From positions 1 through 16,839 of IMG/VR virus record IMGVR_UViG_3300044856_000236: 16,839 nucleotides of DNA. One strand, 5' to 3'. The notes under the pieces were generated by a model that had not been told where the DNA came from, did no database searches, and saw only the letters and a list, made by a program, of their open reading frames with translations. Both the position numbers and the translations under genes were made by a program. Positions 11,614 through 16,839 of this stretch are shown piece by piece; the first letter of the stretch is position 1; each line of letters opens with the position of its first letter. This stretch comes from a virus.

Positions 11614-13173
11614 ATGCAGATACAACCTAATAGTATTATTAAATTATGCAGTGGTGTACCGATAGATAGCAGTTATAAAGATACTATTTACTTTGCAAAC
11701 AGGAGTGCACAGAAAAGTTACTTTGATAGTAAAGTTAGCAAGACTATGGATAAAGCTAGTTTTCAGAGAATTAACGGACAGCAAGGTGTTGTGAGAATGA
11801 GTGCAAGTGCTGAAAGTATTTATAATTGCAACTATATGATGTTTCAAAATAGTAACTATGGCACTAAATGGTTTTATGCTTTTATTACTAATATTGAGTA
11901 TGTGAACGATAAAGTTAGTAATGTATATTTTACTATTGATGTTATGCAAACATGGTTTTTATTTGACTGTACTCTTAAAGAGAGTTTTGTTGAAAGAGAA
12001 CATAGCGTAACGGATAATGTTGGTGATAATATTATTGAAGAAAATTTAGAGTTAGGAGAGTACAGCTATGGAAATAAACATAACACTGGTTTATTTGATG
12101 AATGGGGTATTTTAGTACAATCGCCTTACACTATTAATCAGCAGTATAGTGGTGGTAATAAATACGAGGGTGTATCAAGTGGATGTGTTGCTTTTCTTTT
12201 ATACGATAATGTATTTCAACAAGGGCAAGATAAAGAAAAAGAACTTGCTACATGGCTTGCAGGTATGAATGAAAAAGGTTACACAGATAGCATAGTATCT
12301 ATTTCAATGTTTCCTAAAAAATTTGGTCCAACTGACGGAACAATAAATATGCCTAACACAGCAATACGAAAAAATTTTACTATCACAAAACCTGCACAAA
12401 ATGGTAACTATGTCCCACGCAATAAAAAGCTATTAACTGCACCATTTTGTATGATAGGAATGAGTGACGGCGGAAATCAAATTGCAAATTACAAATATGA
12501 GTATTTTACTAACACTGATGAATATTGTCATTTTGATGTTGATTGTGACCCTAATACTTTAACGTTTGTATGTACGCCTATTAATTATAATGGTGGAATA
12601 AATGCAAATCAAAATGCTTTAACAATGGACAATTTACCATTATGTAGTTTTGATAGTGATACTTTTAAAATATGGTGGGCGCAAAATAAAGTTACAATGA
12701 CTAGCAGTATAAAACGTACTATTAGTAACGCAGGAAGTCTTGCTATTTTAAATCCTGCTACAGCACCGTTAGGAGAAATAAAAGTAGTTGATAAAATAAA
12801 GGAAAGCGTAGCCGAATATAAACAGCATGAATTATTACCTAATTATGTAAAAGGTAATGCAGGAAGTGGCATAGGTATTGTAAGAAGCACACAAGATTTT
12901 TACTATTTTCAAATACATTTAAAGGAGCAATATGCAAAAGTTATTGATGACTATTTTGACTTATATGGTTATGCAACTAAAAGAGTCAAAACACCTAATA
13001 TATCAAGTAGACCACATTGGAACTATACTAAAACTATTGGGTGTAATGTAATTTCCATAAATTGTAACAACAATGATATAACAGCTATTAAAAACATTTT
13101 TGACAATGGTATTACTTTTTGGAAAAACGCTAGTGAAATAGGTAACTATTCATTAGATAATAGACCTAGTTAG
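11614..13173 (+). CDS. Tail knob / distal tube protein, phi29 gp9-like (519 aa)
   Basis: The ATG at 11614 follows AAAGGTGGTGA. YMMFQNSNYGTKWFYAFITNIEY...IDVMQTWFLF...ESFVEREH matches gp9 as I recall it (YIMFQNADYGNKWFYAFVTELEF...IDVLQTWMF...ESFIVREH). Confidence 0.9.
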   Translation: MQIQPNSIIKLCSGVPIDSSYKDTIYFANRSAQKSYFDSKVSKTMDKASFQRINGQQGVVRMSASAESIYNCNYMMFQNSNYGTKWFYAFITNIEYVNDKVSNVYFTIDVMQTWFLFDCTLKESFVEREHSVTDNVGDNIIEENLELGEYSYGNKHNTGLFDEWGILVQSPYTINQQYSGGNKYEGVSSGCVAFLLYDNVFQQGQDKEKELATWLAGMNEKGYTDSIVSISMFPKKFGPTDGTINMPNTAIRKNFTITKPAQNGNYVPRNKKLLTAPFCMIGMSDGGNQIANYKYEYFTNTDEYCHFDVDCDPNTLTFVCTPINYNGGINANQNALTMDNLPLCSFDSDTFKIWWAQNKVTMTSSIKRTISNAGSLAILNPATAPLGEIKVVDKIKESVAEYKQHELLPNYVKGNAGSGIGIVRSTQDFYYFQIHLKEQYAKVIDDYFDLYGYATKRVKTPNISSRPHWNYTKTIGCNVISINCNNNDITAIKNIFDNGITFWKNASEIGNYSLDNRPS

Positions 13174-13188
13174 AAAAGAGGTGAGACA

Positions 13189-14085
13189 ATGAGAAAAGGA
13201 AGAAAAGCACAAACCGAAGCATTTCTGCAAAATCAAAGAACATATTTACAGTATGTTAATAGACTTACTGAATTAAGTATCTCAATGTATGATTGGAAGA
13301 ACCTACCGGATACAATTGATGCAAGGTTTTTAGAGTTAGCTCTTTTCAATGACGGAATGGCAGTATTTTTTAAAGATGAAGTCATGGGTTACTTAGGATT
13401 ACAAGTTATGATTGGTGGTGCACTTGATGTTTACAGAATCCCTATTACACGAACAGCCTTTGCACAAAATGGTTATCAAATGAAACTTGACCCAAACAAC
13501 AGTGTTATTATTTTTAATAATATGCTACACACTAACAGTATACTTGATGTACAGGAAATGAGCAAAAGGCTGTATGAAATACAGAGGACTATTGATGTAA
13601 ACGTTATACAGCAAAAAACACCTAAGATTATTACATGTACTGAAAATCAGAGACTTGTAATGAAAAATCTGTATGCACAGTATATGGGTAATGAACCATT
13701 TATTTTTGGTGATAAGAATTTAGACTTAAGTGGTATTAAGACTCTTGATACTACAAGCCCATATGTCGCTGATAAGCTGTATGAGTTAAAGACACAGTAT
13801 TGGAATGAAGCTTTGACTTATTTAGGTATTAGTAATGTCAATACTGTGAAGAAAGAGAGAATGATAACTGATGAAGTACAAAGGAATTTGGGTGGCACTA
13901 TTGCTAGTAGGTATTCAAGATTGTTTATGAGACAGCAGGCGTGTGAGCAGATTAACAAAATGTTTGGATTAAACATTAGTGTTGATTATAGAGAGGACAT
14001 GCAGTTACTCGATACTTATGATGTTGATAAAGCAGAATTGAGTAATGAAACTGATATAGGTAAAGGTGGTGAGAATAATGAGTAA
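13189..14085 (+). CDS. Portal / upper collar (connector) protein, phi29 gp10-like (298 aa)
   Basis: YDWKNLPDTIDARFLE, QKTPKII, NEPFIFG, SPYVADKL and KKERMITDEVQRN match phi29 gp10 as I recall it (FEWENLPPTINPSFLE, QKTPVLI, NAPVIFA, APYVVDKL, KKERMVTDEVSSN). Confidence 0.95.
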   Translation: MRKGRKAQTEAFLQNQRTYLQYVNRLTELSISMYDWKNLPDTIDARFLELALFNDGMAVFFKDEVMGYLGLQVMIGGALDVYRIPITRTAFAQNGYQMKLDPNNSVIIFNNMLHTNSILDVQEMSKRLYEIQRTIDVNVIQQKTPKIITCTENQRLVMKNLYAQYMGNEPFIFGDKNLDLSGIKTLDTTSPYVADKLYELKTQYWNEALTYLGISNVNTVKKERMITDEVQRNLGGTIASRYSRLFMRQQACEQINKMFGLNISVDYREDMQLLDTYDVDKAELSNETDIGKGGENNE

Positions 14086-14839
14086 GTATACAACAGAGGT
14101 ACGATTTATTTGTGAAAATAGTGCAGGCTTAAGTGAAAGTGAGGGTGCAGATAATGTTGATAGTATTTTAGATAAGTGTTGGAATAAGGTTTTTAATTTT
14201 AACTTTCCAATCTTTGATGAAAACTATAGACAGGTTTTGTGCAGGAAGATATTAAAGCACTATTATACAAGAGAGATTGCTCATGAAACTGTAGGTAGGT
14301 GGAAGTTGGCGCTTAATGCTAAGCTCAATGAGATTATGCCTTATTACAATCAGTTGTATAAGAGTGAGTTGCTTGAGTTCAATCCTTTTTATGATGTTGA
14401 TTTAACTAGGAATAGAGAGGGTAGCGGTACAAGTAATAAGACAAGTAATAATACAGAAACTAATAGCGGTACAAGTAAAAATGTTAGTAGTGGTAGCGGT
14501 ACAAGTAATACTGATACCTTGAATAGATTTAGTGATACACCACAGAATAGTATGGATACTCAAGGTATTGCTGATAGTGTGCCTTTGACTACAGTTACTA
14601 AGGTGAATGAAGATAATACGACTACTAATAATAGTACAGACACAATAACAAGAAATGGTAATAGAACTGGAAGTGGTACAGAAAATATTAATAACACTGA
14701 TAAATATATTGAAACAGTAAAAGGCAAACAGGGTACAGAAAATTATAGCAGTTTATTAAAGAAATTTAGAGAGACTTTTCTCAATATTGATATGCGAATA
14801 ATTGAGGATTGTAGTGATTGCTTCTTTACTTTATGGTAA
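14078..14839 (+). CDS. Lower collar protein, phi29 gp11-like (253 aa), with a central S/T/N-rich low-complexity insert
   Basis: The ATG at 14078 follows AAAGGTGGTGAG and overlaps the portal stop. Its position between portal and appendage genes follows phi29 order. I associate the N-terminal MSKYTTEVRFICE with lower collar proteins of phi29-like phages. Confidence 0.7.
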   Translation: MSKYTTEVRFICENSAGLSESEGADNVDSILDKCWNKVFNFNFPIFDENYRQVLCRKILKHYYTREIAHETVGRWKLALNAKLNEIMPYYNQLYKSELLEFNPFYDVDLTRNREGSGTSNKTSNNTETNSGTSKNVSSGSGTSNTDTLNRFSDTPQNSMDTQGIADSVPLTTVTKVNEDNTTTNNSTDTITRNGNRTGSGTENINNTDKYIETVKGKQGTENYSSLLKKFRETFLNIDMRIIEDCSDCFFTLW

Positions 14840-14857
14840 AGGGAAAGAGAGGAAATA

Positions 14858-16696
14858 ATGAACGATTTAAGACCATTTAGATTTTGGTGTCAAAAAGTAT
14901 TACCATTAGTGTATGATGATGAATTAAGTTACTATGAGTTATTATGCAAAGTTATTGACTATTTAAATAAGGTAATAGAAAACGTTAATCAACTAAGTGA
15001 AAACTTTGACGAGTTAGAGAAAATGTTTAAAACTCTTAAACAATTTGTTGAAGATTATTTTAAGAACCTTGACTTACAAGAAGAGGTCAATAAAAAACTT
15101 GATGAAATGGCAAAGGATGGGACACTTTCAAAAATATTTGGTAATTATATTTTAACAGATAGCAATGCAACGAAAATGATTATAGCACCATTTTTTGTGA
15201 GTGACAAATATCCTATAACACAATTTTATAAATCATATGACGGTATAGCTTGGGAAAAAATTAATGATGTATCATTAAAAGGTAGAGATTATTCTACTTA
15301 TTTTCATAATGGAAAATTATTATTAACTGGTACACCACTAAAGCAGAATAAACTTACAATAATAGAAACATCAAATTTACGCGAGTATGCCACGCATGAA
15401 TATGAAGCACTGACTAATAAAGGTATTTATGGTAGCGAATTTTTTAAGGATGATAATGAACTTTATCTGATTGCTTGCTATAGAATAAGCGGTGATGAAC
15501 CTGCAAATTATACTTATAAAAATTGCTTATATAAGGTGAAAGATGATACTATAGAATATGTAAGGGATATTGAACTAAACATAAATGCTATAGATTGCTT
15601 TATAATAAAAAAGGATGATTTATATTATTTATTCTGTAAAGGCGAAAATACTATTAATGATACAGTAGAGGGCAGAATATATATTTATACTTCAAGTGAT
15701 TTAGTAACTTTCAATTATTTTACTTATGTTAAAGCATTAGAGGGTCTTAAATATGAAGCGCCTAGCGTTATTTATTATAATGGTAATTATTTATTATATG
15801 TAGATAATTATAGTAATGATGATAATGCTAGTGGTACTGGCGGCATACATGTATTAGTAAGTAGTGATTTAGCAAATTGGACTGATAATCAAAGTATATT
15901 TTGTAATTACCCTACTAGGCATGGCACACCGACTGTGGTAAATAATATAGCAGAAGAACAGCTATTTAATTTATATGGTACAGAAAATAATAGTAATCTT
16001 GTGTATAGACGATTAAATAATAACGAGGGATATTTAAAATTATTTGATATAAAAACAGCTTATAATAATCAATCTTATACATGTACTTTTACATTAACAA
16101 ATGGTGAAGCATATGAATATGAAACAACTTATGAAATTACTGGTGTTGGAAAAGTCTATAATTATAATGTTACAAATAAAATATTAAATAGTACTGGTGA
16201 AGGACTAATATATTTTATTCAAAATGGATTTGATTTAAGCGTTTATTTTAAAGCAACTGGTTTATCTAATTTTAGACCTATTTTAACTGGTATTAGTGCT
16301 AGTTGCGTTGGTCTTGTTGAAATATCAAAAAGCAATAAACTTGTTGATATAAGTCCTACTGAAATGAAATCTTATGTTTATTTCACTGGTAATAGAAACT
16401 TATATGACAAGATAGTAAAAAGTAATTTTGTAAAAAATTTTAATGGTACGGCTTACAATATAAATAATAGAACTTATACTATACAAATGACAGTAAGAGT
16501 AGAAAATAATATAGGTGATACAATATGTTTTAGTGGACTTCCAAAACCACAAATAGAAACATTATTATATTGTATGGATAGAACTACTGGAGAAATTAAA
16601 AGAGCTGTAATAGATATAAATGGCAATATATACATTAAAACGACAACAGCTGACTCACATGCTTATGATATAATTGGAATATACTGCGTTAATTAA
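14858..16696 (+). CDS. Receptor-binding tail appendage / fibre (612 aa): conserved N-terminal anchor, coiled coil, GH43-like 5-bladed beta-propeller, C-terminal beta-rich head
   Basis: It is the last late gene, in the position of phi29 gp12. N-terminal FRFWCQKVLPLVYDDELSYYELLCKV is a motif common in Firmicute phage fibres. The middle region carries ordered motifs GRDYSTYFHNGKLLL, YGSEFFKDDNELYLI, AIDCFIIKKDDLYYLF, YTSSDLVTF, YEAPSVIYYNGNYLLY and VSSDLANWT, which resemble GH43 blades with Asp/Asp/Glu. Confidence 0.75.
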   Translation: MNDLRPFRFWCQKVLPLVYDDELSYYELLCKVIDYLNKVIENVNQLSENFDELEKMFKTLKQFVEDYFKNLDLQEEVNKKLDEMAKDGTLSKIFGNYILTDSNATKMIIAPFFVSDKYPITQFYKSYDGIAWEKINDVSLKGRDYSTYFHNGKLLLTGTPLKQNKLTIIETSNLREYATHEYEALTNKGIYGSEFFKDDNELYLIACYRISGDEPANYTYKNCLYKVKDDTIEYVRDIELNINAIDCFIIKKDDLYYLFCKGENTINDTVEGRIYIYTSSDLVTFNYFTYVKALEGLKYEAPSVIYYNGNYLLYVDNYSNDDNASGTGGIHVLVSSDLANWTDNQSIFCNYPTRHGTPTVVNNIAEEQLFNLYGTENNSNLVYRRLNNNEGYLKLFDIKTAYNNQSYTCTFTLTNGEAYEYETTYEITGVGKVYNYNVTNKILNSTGEGLIYFIQNGFDLSVYFKATGLSNFRPILTGISASCVGLVEISKSNKLVDISPTEMKSYVYFTGNRNLYDKIVKSNFVKNFNGTAYNINNRTYTIQMTVRVENNIGDTICFSGLPKPQIETLLYCMDRTTGEIKRAVIDINGNIYIKTTTADSHAYDIIGIYCVN

Positions 16697-16703
16697 AATA
16701 ATT

Positions 16704-16735
16704 ACCCCATTTTAAATAATGGGGTTTTTATTTTT
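16704..16735 (+). terminator. Intrinsic terminator of the late operon
   Basis: ACCCCATT-(TTAAAT)-AATGGGGT is a perfect 8-bp stem followed by TTTTTATTTTT. It abuts the start of the right ITR. Confidence 0.85.
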
Positions 16736-16839
16736 GTACCACGCTGACGTATTAACTCTGTACCACTGCAACGCGTTACCACTGTACCACTGTGAAGTGC
16801 ATGGGGTGTACCGAAAATCTCGACGTTTGAAACGACCCC
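16736..16839. repeat. Right inverted terminal repeat (104 bp)
   Basis: Reverse complement of 1..104 with a single mismatch at 16757. It ends exactly at the last base of the window (…AACGACCCC-3'). Confidence 0.95.

Noticed and set aside
10722-11949. Minus-strand ORFs 10722..10979, 11356..11625 and 11644..11949, and + ORF 11369..11665
   Set aside because: All are embedded in or antisense to the capsid and tail-knob genes, whose frames are confirmed by strong gp8/gp9-like similarity.
1-16839. Search for tRNA or rRNA genes, CRISPR arrays, integrase, repressor or other lysogeny genes, transposases, and known defence or anti-defence cassettes
   Set aside because: I recognised no cloverleaf-like GC-rich segments, no regularly spaced direct repeats with spacers, no recombinase motifs, and no multi-gene defence architecture. 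The genome looks strictly lytic and fully occupied by replication, morphogenesis, lysis and small early genes.

Overview
The window is a complete linear phage genome of 16,839 bp. 104-bp inverted terminal repeats (one mismatch) sit flush with both window ends and begin 5'-GGGG. Gene content and synteny match a small phi29-like, protein-primed podophage of a low-GC Gram-positive host. The left ~7 kb is on the + strand. It starts with very AT-rich early ORFs of unknown function, including a tandem family of three 64-65 aa paralogues. A near-consensus promoter (2949..2977) then drives a replication operon: p6-like dsDNA-binding protein, p5-like SSB, putative terminal protein, protein-primed family-B DNA polymerase and several small ORFs. 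A bidirectional terminator (7086..7116) closes it. The gp16-like packaging ATPase (7232..8272) is the only minus-strand gene. It is transcribed from a promoter interdigitated with the late promoter (8318..8361). The late operon encodes a YvrJ-like holin candidate, a Cys-peptidase endolysin, a gp13-like tail lysozyme, scaffold, Big_2-bearing major capsid protein, gp9-like tail knob, gp10-like portal, gp11-like lower collar, and a 612-aa receptor-binding appendage with a GH43-like beta-propeller. It ends at a terminator at 16704..16735. I saw no tRNA, CRISPR, integrase or lysogeny module. The main follow-up points are these: GGTAC motifs phased at exactly 24 bp through the ITR, together with two diverged p6-like paralogues; 11-bp phased TTNANA arrays in all three early regulatory regions; two candidate loci for the missing packaging RNA; unannotated Cys-rich micro-ORFs after the polymerase; a perfect 11-bp inverted repeat with an untracked 56-aa ORF; and strong compositional mosaicism. 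Functional calls rest on motifs, synteny and my recollection of phi29 protein sequences, not on computed searches. I found no recognisable multi-gene defence or anti-defence system; the small early paralogue families are the best candidates for undescribed host-takeover functions.
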